In this document: positions 1 to 12,000 of the stretch, in pieces | Layout of the letters: every line of letters begins with the position of its first letter | Position numbering within the stretch: position 1 is the first letter of the stretch | Source: Auanema rhodensis | Taxonomy: Eukaryota > Animalia > Nematoda | NCBI GenBank assembly: GCA_964057225.1 | Contig: OZ059895.1 | Location: forward strand, 6,262,001 to 6,326,000 | Reading direction: 5' to 3' | DNA: 64,000 nt | The notes under the pieces: model-generated | What the model was told of the DNA's origin: nothing | Databases searched by the model: none | Seen by the model: the letters and a program-made list of their open reading frames with translations, nothing else | Translations under genes and position numbers: made by a program

Positions 1-842
1 TTCAGAAACTCTTATATTAGACTTGGTTTGTATGTAGTTGGCACTCATCAAGCTCTTGTATAAAGACTGAAGCAGTGTGTTCAACCTATATTCAGGTCAC
101 ACTACATACTACCTAGCTGCTCAATACAATTTGAGTAGAAACTATGGAACATAGCTGGAAAACAAACACGCAGGCATATTACATAACATGCTTTCCATAT
201 TGTTAATGAAATCTCAGAAAAGATAAACATTTTTCTGATTCATAAGAATGACTACAGTGCTAGTATCATTAAGTTCCATAACTTACTTAATTAGCTTTCG
301 ATGATATGATACAGAGCAAATTGGAACCAATTATCACAATACTTTTTTTCTTCTAGCAGACATAATAGACTTTTCAAATGAATTTTTAGAAATAATAGAA
401 AAAAGATACAAGTGATATTAATAGCTATAGACACACAATGCAACACATAGATTTTGAAACCGCAGTATCAAGAACATATTTAAATCATATTGAAAAAAAC
501 AAATATAGTTAATATTATACACAATTTTTAAATGAAAAAATATAGACAGAAAATACGATATCAATATCTTAAAATAATTTTATATTGTATGTAAGATCGT
601 TGTTGACAGGCTCTATTAAAAATATATAATAGCACTTATATATCACATGTGCATCATATAGAAGTATAACTTACTCTAAGAACAGAAATAAAATATAGTG
701 ATTTTCTTATAATCCATACAAATACATCAAAGACCAATATAATTTTATTTTTATCCATACAAAACTTATTTATTTATCATTCATGGATAATTATATCTGT
801 CTGTTCGTACTGTAGACTGTAGCAAAGGCTTGAGACGCGCCC

Positions 843-867
843 TTTGGCGAAACAATCTGGCGCGAAA
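843..867. promoter_or_regulatory. E2F/DP-type sites upstream of the coiled-coil gene
   Basis: TTTGGCG at 843-849 and GGCGCGAAA at 859-867 (TTTCGCGCC on the minus strand) lie in a CG-rich patch ~200 bp before the ATG at 1071. This is typical of cell-cycle/germline promoters. Confidence 0.5.
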
Positions 868-1070
868 AATCAAATTTCATATGTTGCGGCAATTACGCTT
901 ATTAGGTTATTATCATCATCTTAACACTATCAATTACTAATTTTTCACTTTTAATGCATCGAATTATTGAAAACGTGTAATAAGAGCATAGCCAACTGTC
1001 TTGCTCATTGCAAATTATATTTTAATTGTGTTTTGAAGTCGTCTAAAGTTAAAATTTTAAAAGGGTTAAC

Positions 1071-4000
1071 ATGTCTTCGCCTGAAAGAATCATGGAAAAT
1101 AATGAAAATATAAGTAATGTTTCAACTGTGGACTCAAAAACTCCTCAACCCACCAGACAGGTAACACAATAGTTAATTTATTTTCTAATTTGCTTTTTTT
1201 AGGGAAAGAGAGTTCCTACTGAGAGTCCCTATTCCTGGGCCACTCCATCACATAGGAAACCATTGAAACAAGTATATCTTATTCTTTTGATATTTATACG
1301 TATATTTCTTAGTCCCGGCAGCCAACTTTTGTCGATGATATTAACTTGGAACAAACGTTTCTCGAGCAAGATACTATCATGATGTTTCCCAAGAGCGGTT
1401 TGCTAAATCTTAAAATTTTTCTTTGTAAATTTTGCTTGTTCTAGACTCTATTAGTTTTTGTGAAAATACTCCATCTAGGGAAGGAAACGAAAATATTAAA
1501 GTTTTTTTGAATCCGTTTCATCGTTAACTTTTTTTTATTCATAGATTTTTGGTGATATGTCTCCTACACATTTTCCTGATCAAGAAATTGAGGCGAATGA
1601 TTCATCGAAAAAGTATATATTTTTCGAAATAAAAGTATTTTTATTGTTGTTCAGAGATTCTTTGGATCAAATCTTTGACTCAGCTAGTAACCAAGGCGAT
1701 ATTGTGGACGCTACGGTCGATCCTGTAGATGTTGCTGGACCAACAAACTCTTTATCGGATGTAGCTAATGAAAACTGTCTGGAAAACTCTACTGTTCCTG
1801 ACACCAACGAGGATGAAGGTATACGCAAAAATATTTTTGATTTTCGTTCAAAGGTCAAGATTATATTACAGACACTGAAAAAGTAACTGATGATGATAAT
1901 GTTCTTGCCTCCGATTTAGCTTCGTTGCAAGAATTGGGATTGTTTGCGGATATGCCTGTCCAGGAATCGAAGGACTTTGCCGCTGAAATGGCATCAGCAG
2001 ATGAGCCATCTTACTTAGATTTTCAAATGGCTGCCCTTCACGTTCCTTCGGATTTATCTTCTGAGCTAGCTGTCGCTGAGACTTCTACTTACGTCCCAAC
2101 CGCGCAAAATGATGACGAGGAAACTTGCACCAGTTTTACGCTTTTCCAAGAATCTTCCGATCTAACAAATGAGATGGGGGACACTTTGATACCTTCGGAC
2201 CCTGAAATAACTACAAAATCGTTGGCAGAATCAACTTTGGAAAATTCTCTAAAGGAATCTGATAATAATTTGGAATCAAGCGCAATAAACTCATCTGCGT
2301 TGAATATTCCCGTTGAACCATCTACCGCACCTGACTGTTCAGTTCCTGATTTTGAAATGGCTTACGAAGAAAAATGTTCTGACTTGGCTTCTGAATTGGC
2401 AACCGCTGAAGAATCTAATTTTAACGCTGTTATGGATGATGTTGAAAACTCTGCTTCTGAGTTTGCAGTGGAGCAGCCAGTCATGGAAGAAACTTGTCTG
2501 CCTACATCTGATAGTGCGAATGAAATAACTGTTCCCGAAGAAGGTTCTAACTTTACTTCAGAAAATATCTCCGTTCAAGGATCATCTGATTTTTCTTCGG
2601 AAGTAGCTACAGTAAACGAGAATTTTGATTTATTGACAGAGTTCACTGTATTTCAGGAATCTAACACTATTACTGAGATGGTTGCAGATGAGGAGTTGAA
2701 AAATGATCAAGAAACCTTGAGTATTCCTGTCGAGATCCCAGCCATAGAAGACATTTCCGGTTTTTCTGGTTCAGAGTTTTGTTTTGCAACCAAATTGATT
2801 ACAGAGAAACAGATTTATGAAAATTCTGATGAGAATGCACCGGACCAAGAATTATCAAACATGACCGATGAAAATGTTTCTGCTTCTGAACCTACTGACA
2901 TGGTCGATGAAAATGTTTCTGCTTCTGAACCTACTGACATGGTCGATGAGACTGTTTCTGCTTCTGAACCTACTGACATGGTCGATGAGACTGTTTCTGC
3001 TTCTGAACCTACTGACATGGTCGACGAGAATGTTTCTGCTCCTGAACTAACTGACATGGTCGATGAGAATGTTACTGCTTCTGAATTAACTGACATGGTT
3101 GAACAGAATGTTACTGCTTCTGAATTAACTGACATGGTTGAACAGAATGTTACTGCTTCTGAATTAACTGACATGGTTGAAAAGAATGTTTCTGCTCCTG
3201 AACCAACTGACATGGTTGAAGAGAATGTTTCTGCTCCTGAACCAACTGACATGGTCGATGAGGATGTTTCTGCTCCTGAATCATCTGAAGTGAATGATGA
3301 AAGTATTGTTGCTCCAGACTTGTCCAAAGTAGCTGATGAGAGTGTTTCTGTTCCCGAAATTAATATGCTAGAAGAGGGATCCGATTTAGCTGCCGAGCTT
3401 GATGCTGTTCAAGGATCTGATCTATCTGCGGATATGGCAGCAGCGGACCTCACTTCCAATTTGGTGGTAGAGATGGAGCATTCTGAATCGTCAGATCTGG
3501 CAATCGAACTGTCTGTAACGGATAACATCCCTGAAGAAAAAACTGAGATGGAAATCAAAGAAACATCGTCGGAAATCGGTATTGTTATCTACATATTTAG
3601 ATTTGTATGTAAACAAATTTTAGCTACTGAAATAGTTGAGTCTTCTGTTTCTCCTGATCAAGAATCATCTCAATTTGTGAAAATGGAAATTAATAATGAA
3701 CAATCTGGTATACTCGAGACTGAAAACGAAAGTGCTCGTGATGAAATTCCTTTCGAAACCTCGGGTGTTGAAACTGCTCATGAAATTTCTGGAAGATCAA
3801 TCGGAAAATCCAATGCTGATATTTCTATTATTCGTCCTGATGAGGATTCAGCTCTCGAAGACATGGTGGGTAAATCGTGAACTTATTTTCTATTTTCAAT
3901 TTAGATGGAGTCTGAGGGTCGTGACATGTTCGATGTTACTAAAGATATGCACACTTTCCCTTCACCTAGCAAAGGAAACTTTTCGGATTCTATGTAATTG

Positions 4001-7000
4001 TTTAAATCTTGATAATTTTCTTATTTTATAATTGAAGGGTCGAGTTCTTGATTTTGGAAAACAATATATCCCGAGAACTTGAGGGTAGCATGGGACAAGA
4101 ATTGACTGACACCAATACCAACACTATTCAAAGCGACCAGGTAATGTTTTATACTGTAAAATCGTTCAATCTCAATTATATAGGCAGACTTATTGCAGTC
4201 AGAAAACATAAAACTGAAAAGTAAGTTGTTAAATGAAAATATTTATCATGGTTTGGCTTTAGATGAAGAGCTTACATACCTAACTGATACTAATATAAGT
4301 CTTGTTGAAAAAATAGCTCTTTTGGAAAACGAAATGGAGCAAATCAAAATAGAACATAACAGTCAAATAAGTTTTCTATATAACATGCCTAAATAATATT
4401 TAGTTTTAAGTGGAATCTGTTACTTCTAAGTTGATTAATACTACGAAGGAATTGGATTCATTAAGATTCGATAGGTTATTTTTGTTCTCTCACTTTTCTT
4501 AATTTTATTATTGTAGGAACAGCGAAAAGAACATTGAGTTTAATGAACGTGTTTCTGAACTTGAACGCACTGTCAAAGAATCTGCTTGTGTAGTAGCAGA
4601 GCTAAGAATGAAATTAGATCAGAAGAACAATGAATTGTAAGCTTAACTGTGGTTTGATATTTTAAGCTTTCTTAAAGAATTGCTGCTGAGAATGCAGCTA
4701 ACGAAGCCAAGATGCTTTCTTTTGAAATGCAGGAACGATTAGTCGCAGATACTGGATTTTTAACTGATGATTTACAAAGAAAAAAGGAACAGATACTCTC
4801 TCTACAGCGGGAATTGGATCAATGGCGAGGAAAGGTCTCGTCCAATGACGATACCGTGGAGGAGTTATTTGTTTATGTTAAGAACAATTTCGAATCAAGC
4901 TGGAATGACATGTTGGTGAAATCCACTGTTGAAAACATAATATATTATGTTCAGAAGTGGAGATGATGAAGACGATAGTGAAGCTAAACTTCAAAATACT
5001 CGCAAGAGACTTGTTGGATTTAAGCAATTCGTTGATGAACTTGAGAAGGCTAAGTATGTTTTTCTTTCATAATTTATGGTCATATAAGATGTAACAATTC
5101 AAGAACTACGAGCGCAAATCTTTTGGAAGAATCTCAGAAGAGCATGTCTGATCTCTCTGCTGAATTCGAAGTTGTGAAATCTACTCTTTTAGCTAAGGAT
5201 ACTGAACTCAATTCTCTTCGTGAATCAATGCAAGCATGCGATATTTAAAAAAAAATTGAAGCAAATATTTTAGCCGTTCTGAGGGAGATTGTTCTTCTTC
5301 GTTGATTAAGGATCTTGAATCTCAAGTGTCATCTTTAACTTCACAACTCTCTGCAGCACGTGAAGAGTTAATAGCAATAGAGGAAGATCGGTTTGTTTTT
5401 TAAAAGTTGTATACGATATAAGTGTTTCTTTCGATTATAGTAAAGAAGTAACATCTGTGTTTGAAAATAAGGTTTCCCTAATTAATAATGAGCTTGACAC
5501 AGTTAGAGCACAGTTCTCAGAGGAAACTGAAAAGCTACGGTACTTGTCCATTTGTTTGTCTTACTAACATACCCTTTAACAGAACTGAGCACCAAGAAGC
5601 TTTAGAAGTACTCAATGCCAAATCTGTTGATATTCAAGAAAAATTATCTTTAACTGAAGCCGAATTGGCTGAGGCTAAATCTTCTTGGTAAATTTAAATT
5701 TCTGACGTCTTGTGCAATTTTTCGTTCAATTTTTTCCGTGCATGAATGCAGAAATGTTTAAAGCTTGTTACTCGAGAAATATTTCAGCGAAAAGGAAAAG
5801 ATCAACCTTGCGAATACTCTCGAAGAAATTGCTGAACTCAAGGCTTCTATTGAAACCAAAACTGACCTTCTTACTTTAAAGGAGGAAGAGCTTCAAACAG
5901 TACAGGCTAAGAAGTATGTTCAATGTTCATTATATTTGAAAAAGTATAATTTTAGTGCGGAATTGGAAGAAGCGCTCAAGAGCAATAATGAAACAGAACA
6001 GAAGCTAATTGATGCGACTTCAAAGATTGCCAATTATGAATCTGAGAAGTCTACCATTTGCGAAGAATTGTATGATTTTGTCGTATAAAAAGGATGCAAG
6101 GCAGACTTTTCAGGGATGAAGCTAAGGCCAAATTATGTTTGGAAATAGAGAACAAAAATTCGCTCATTCAAGAACTTGATGTTATCAAAGAAACATTAGA
6201 AGCCACTACCCGGGAATTATCTTCTAAAGAAAAGGAATTGTCTGAGATTTCTGCTACTAAGTTTGCTTAGCTGTTAAATGTTATTTCAACTTTTTCTTAC
6301 AGGGAAGAATTAGTTAGTACTTCAACCAAACTCTCTGAAATTGAAAAAGATCTCATAGAAGCTGTTTCAAAGACTACATATTTGGAAAATGATTTATCCA
6401 TTGCTAAAGAAGAATTGTAAGAATTTCTCAGAAATTCAATTATCTGTTTTTTCTAGAACCGAAAAAAGCAATAAGTTGGAAGAGGAAGTTCAAAAGGCAG
6501 TTTCATTGTCCAATGAGATTGGTATGTTAAAGAAATCAATGGAAGAGTCTGCTGAAGCTCTCAAAGCTAAAGATGAGCAACTTCAGGTTGCTATTGCTGC
6601 CAGGTTTCGTATACACTTATACGTTTTGTTATTCCTCATATTTAGAGATGAGTTAGCAGAATCTGCCAGAATGGCTGATGAGCTAGGTAAGAAAGTTGTC
6701 GAAGCAACTTCTAAAATTTCCTATTTGGAAACCGAGCTTAATGATGCTCAAGAGTTGCTGTATGTTATTTGCAATTTGTACTGTTTTGTATATATGTCTA
6801 TTTTAAGTTCTGAGGAGCAGAAAAAGGTTAATGCTCACAAGCAAGCTGTTGTAGAGAAAGATCAGGAATGTGAAACGTTGAGAAAAGATCTAACCGCAGC
6901 TAGTCAGCTTCTCTCTTTGAAGGAAGAAGAGTATAAGTCTCAATCTTCAGAATTAGAATCTCTTCGCGAATGCAGGTATTTGAAAAATGTTAAATACATT

Positions 7001-8750
7001 TGTTATCTCATTGTTTTAGTGACAAAATGAACGAAATGGTTTCTAATATGACATCTACCCAAAATAAGGATCGTCAGGAGCTTGACGCTGCTAATGCTAA
7101 AATTGCAGATATTCAGACAAAATTAGCAGAAGCAGAAAAGGAAAAGTAAGGGAATATGCATGATACTCATATAAATTTGACTAGGGATAATGCTCGTGAA
7201 GAGAATGAGACTGCTCTCGAAAAGATTTCTCTGCTTAATAGTGAACTTAGCGCTTTGAAAGAAGCTTATGAAGCCTCTAAGAAGCTGCTAGAGGAAAAAG
7301 ATCAAGAACTAAAAACTGCAGGAACTAATAAGTATGATCACTTTTAAAATTTTTGAATTTATGAAAAATATTGAAGTTCCGAACTTGATGAGTTGAAAGA
7401 AAAGCTTGTTCTTCGCGAAAAGGAGTTTTCTGAAAAATTATCAATGTACGAACAGTCTGCTGCTACCGCGGAAGAAAAATAGTTAGTAGATAACAAACTT
7501 ACTGCTAATAACTGCAAATATTTCAGTTCTTCATTAAACTTAGAACTTCAATGTGAGATCGCTAAAGTTTCTGGCCTTGAGAAAGAGAGGTATTTTCTGA
7601 AATACTTTAATGAATGAAAATATGAAATTCAGGGATACATACGCAGCTCAAATTTCGGTCGGTCGTGAAACTCTTCAAAAGTTAGAAGAAGAAAATAAAG
7701 TTCACACGGAAACCATAGCAAAAGTAGGTTCCTTACTTAAAAATCAACTAATTAGTCAGTTTTAGCTCACTGCTGAATGCTCAGAACTTACAACATTTAA
7801 AGCAAAGGCTGTCGAAAACGAAGAGCAAAAAGAGCTGCTTACCTCAGAAGTATTTTTTTTTGTTTTCTTTTTCATTATTTTATTTCTCTTATCAGAATTT
7901 AAATCTCAATAACCGCTTGTTGCAACATGTAGATGAGAAGAAAGCATTGAATTTGGAGCTCTCTCAATCTAGAGCTGAAGTGTTAGTTAATTTTATCTGT
8001 TTGTAAAACATTTTTCTATTTCAGCTCTTCTTTGAAGAACTCTCTTGAAGCAATGAAGCTACAGATAGATTCTAACGATTCATCGTCGTTAAAATCTGAA
8101 ATAGAAAAGAAACAGGTATAATTGTTTTTTTTAATGATATTTGTGTTTTTTTTTAGAAATATATTGAAGATCTTGAAAATAAGAGTCAATTGAAAGAAGA
8201 AGAGGTTGAGCGCTTGTATAAGGTTTTTTATATTTGTAATCCTGTATTTGTACTTTTTGTCTAGATGTGCGACGAATTCGATGATATTGAATCGGAATTG
8301 AAACAGACTATTGCTGATTTAGAGGATGAACTTAATGAGCTTAAACGCAAAAATGGTGATCTTCCTCCATTGCAGCCAGGTCTTCTAGACGTTATTAAAC
8401 AAGGGTAACAAATATTTTGTGAAACAACCCATTTTTGCTTCTTCTATTCAGTGTAAATCCATTAACTCCCAACACTTCTACTGCTAAGGTAGATATAACA
8501 ACTGTACCCGAAGAGGATATGGAGGTGCGTTCTTATCATATATCAAAAACTAAAAAAGTTTTTGTAGGAAGGAGAAGGATTCTCTTCAGCTCCCTCATCA
8601 CCTACAAGAAAAAATCCAGAAATGGACGTAAGCAATATGCTTGACAATGTGACAATGAGCACAACAATGTACAAGAAAATACATGCTGATACATCGATGA
8701 GAAGTCCACAAGCTAAAGATGCTAACTCTAGCCGATGCGCACAGCAATAA
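1071..8750 (+). CDS. Very large multi-exon protein: acidic low-complexity N-half, long coiled-coil C-half and C-terminal CaaX box (CAQQ); CENP-F/HCP-1/2-like candidate
   Basis: A continuous spliced frame was traced from ATG 1071 (MSSPERIMENNE...) through ~30 short introns. The last exon, 8568-8750, reads EGEGFSSAPSSPTRK...DANSSRCAQQ*. ORF-track fragments from 1557 to 7347 are its exons. The gene model is solid; the identity is inferred from architecture only. Confidence 0.8.
2861..3280 (+). repeat. Coding minisatellite, 39-bp unit (13 aa, DENVSASEPTDMV), about 11 copies
   Basis: GATGAAAATGTTTCTGCTTCTGAACCTACTGACATGGTC is repeated with few substitutions inside the large exon. Confidence 0.95.
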
Positions 8751-9018
8751 GTGAAGTTTTATTAATTTTATCTTACAAATCTCTATTAATTCACTAATTT
8801 CACATTCTATATTCGGCATGTACAGAATGTTATAACTAATCTCATTGAATTATGCATATCAGTTGTAATTAATTTTTTTCAAATATTTCTGTGAGTCATA
8901 AAGTTTTCTAGCGTTTTATTGTACTGTTTCGCAATCAATGTATATCACGTCATCAACAATTATTTTTCAAAGCTAGTTAATGTCCTTAATTTGATGCTGA
9001 TTTCAAGATTAAACAAAT

Positions 9019-12000
9019 ATGTTGGTTTCTGATAATTCTGATTACCATATCCCTTCTGAAAGCCCATATTTCTATCCTTTTCTACGCTTGTATTGGGATG
9101 AAATTCAAAAATTCTTAAGATCCGATAATGATTTTGTGTATTTTCGAGAGCTAGGACCTCACTTAGGTATGTTTAAAAAATGAATTTTAATTTATGGTTT
9201 TGGTTGTCAGAAGCTGAAAATAAACAATATCTACAATATGTGTTACGGGTTTTGTCTGATGCCACTGCTGTTGTGAGCCAGTATCATAAAGGGAAAACTT
9301 TGAAGAGCCGGAGAAGGTGAAATGGTGAAAACAGATTAAGTTTTCAATAGGTTTTAGAAGGTTGAATGAGGAAGATGATGCCAAGGATCGTGAAGATTTG
9401 AAAAGAAGTCAAGAGGCTGAGATTAGAACTCAAGCCAATGAACTAAGGGTTTCTTAAAAACAGAAATGAAATTTGATGATATCGTGCTTTAGGAACAGGT
9501 TATAACAGCATTTGTTCGCAGACTGCTGTTTGACAAGGGAGGAATGAAAAAGCTTGACCAAATTTTATATGAAAGTAACTAAAACATAATAACGCATACA
9601 TTTCAAAATAATATCTTCAGAGCAAACTGTTTTGTGGAAAAAGATTCATCTACCACGAAAAGGTTCAGTAGAATCCGTGGTCCAGGTATTTCTACAAAAC
9701 TTTTTCAAATTAGATACGGAAACAGAAGGCAGTGATCCATATTTTCTTGACAGGTTTAGGAATACAGCAATAATTAGTTTATTCAAGTATCATTTTAAGA
9801 ATTGTTACTAGTTTCCAGCCTTATCAGGTACAGAAATATCTGTTTAATAAGTTCAAAACTACTACCAGTATCTGGCTAAAATTCCTTAAAAAAATGTCAT
9901 CATTTGGTATGAATTTTCACTGAATTAAGCTACTTTTGTTTGTTTATCCAGAAGAGGATAAAAATAATTTTGTTGACACTCAGAGATGGTCAAGAGTTTT
10001 TCTACGCTCTTTACCAGGAGTTGCTTTTACGACAGAAGATTGGTAAATAAAGAATTATTGAAAATGTTTAAAAATATGTTTTTAGGTTTTATGATATTGT
10101 TGAGGCTTGTTCTCATGATCCATATAACTCTGCTGTATTGCTTTATCTTTTGCCAAATTATGAAGAGGTTCTATGTAAGTTAAACCATGGTATGTGCAAG
10201 TAACTATTTCAATTATCAGCAAATCGGGCCGCGGAATTAAGAGCATATAAGGTTAAACGATCTGTAGAAGCTACGCCTGTTATTGAAGTTGCTGATCCAG
10301 ATCAACCGAAAGAACTAAGGCCACCTAGTGATTATATTTCAAAAAGAGGTGAATGCAAATATTCTTGTGAAACTTATTTTTTGTTTTCAGAGCCGGACGT
10401 ATTGAGTGAGCCTGATGAGTTAGTTCTCAGACCTTATCAAGATGAGCTGGTCATTACATTTGCCTCTTTATTATAGTAAAGGTGTCTATTTAGGTCAGCA
10501 AAGCTATTGAACCAGATGCAGGGAATGTAGTGATTTGTGCTCCAACAGGTTCAGGAAAGACAGAAGTCGCTGTGTTTATTGCTATGCTTCATATAGAAAG
10601 AAGAATGAGAGAAGGAAAAGCTAGTAGAGTAGGATTTATCCCTGTTATCATAACTTTTGATTTTGATTTTGTTTATTAGGTTGTTATGCTCGTTCCAAAA
10701 GTACCGTTGGTTAATCAGCAAAAAGCACGATTCCACAAATATTGTCGTGGAAAATATTACGTTGACGGTTTCCATGGTCTAGAAAAACCAAAAGGAATTG
10801 ATGCTAGTGAAATTTTCTTGTGTGCTGATATCCTCATCATGACTCCACAAATTTTATTGTTTATACCTTTTTAGCAACATGACTTGATTTTTTTCTTTTC
10901 CAGAAATATGCTTTGCAGTGTGCGTAAGAGTGAAAGAATTTATGCATGTGATTTTTCTCTTTTGATTTTCGATGAGGTTTTCTTTTAAGATCTTATTACA
11001 AATTTATGTGGTTGATAGGTTCATCATTGCTCTAAAGGCCATCCATATATGAAGCTTATGCAGCGGATTATGAGTTATGAGTATGAAAAACCTCAGGTAT
11101 TCATTATAGGTTGCTTTGAAATATTTTACAAATCTAGATTATTGGCTTAACTGCTTCGTTGATTCAAAAAGGCTCACAAACAGTTGATCATGCATTAGAA
11201 GCTATTACCAATCTTTTGGCTAATGTAACAGCAACTAGTCTGAGTTGCGTTCGCAATCATATGAAAGAGTTGGAAAAATTTGTTCCAAAGCCAGCCGAAG
11301 GTTCTTTTATTTAACTAAATAGCAATTTTTCTTCATTATTACAGAATATTACAAGATTTCACAACCTATCACAAACTTCCAGAAGCTTTTATCACGGGTT
11401 ATAGCTGATATTAAGCGCATTATAAATCCAAAACTAAATGAGCTGAGGAAGAAAAATGATTTAGGCTTTTCTAAATTGCGCCAGGTATGTTGATCAAGTG
11501 TGTGTGGTTTCGCATTTTTTTATACTTTAAGAATGAAGGCAAATTCGCTAATGACTATCCAGCTAAAGTGTTCTTAGATAGTGTACGAAGTTTGGAACAA
11601 ACTATGCGCTTAATTCCTGATGTACCTTGCAAATCTGAAGTTATGACAGCTTGCAAATACTTACTGGTGAATTCAGAAGAATATTTACTTATAAATAATA
11701 GAATTTGACTCTTTCAGATTCTTGGAACATCTCTTGGAATGTCTGAGTTGATGCCTATTAAACAAGCATATGCATATTTGGATTTTGAGTTAGAGTTCCT
11801 CATAAAAAATCAATATCAATCAGAATGTTCACAATTATTCTTTGATATTTATCATAGTATGTTCTCAAGGTTGAATGCATTATATTCTTCAATCAATTTA
11901 GAAGTGAAACCAGAGCTTAAAGATATTTGTCAAAACGTGGAGACAGATTGTGAAATTTTGGAGAAGTTGAAAGTAAGTTATATTCTACTGTTTCGTTGTA

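Noticed and set aside
1-800. Possible gene fragment at the window start
   Set aside because: No consistent exon chain or recognisable peptide was found on either strand.
2861-3280. Regular repeat array as a possible CRISPR
   Set aside because: The units are head-to-tail with no unique spacers and lie in frame within a eukaryotic exon.
2815-3327. 170-aa antisense ORF and 60-aa alternate-frame ORF over the 39-bp repeat
   Set aside because: These are shadow frames of the coding minisatellite.
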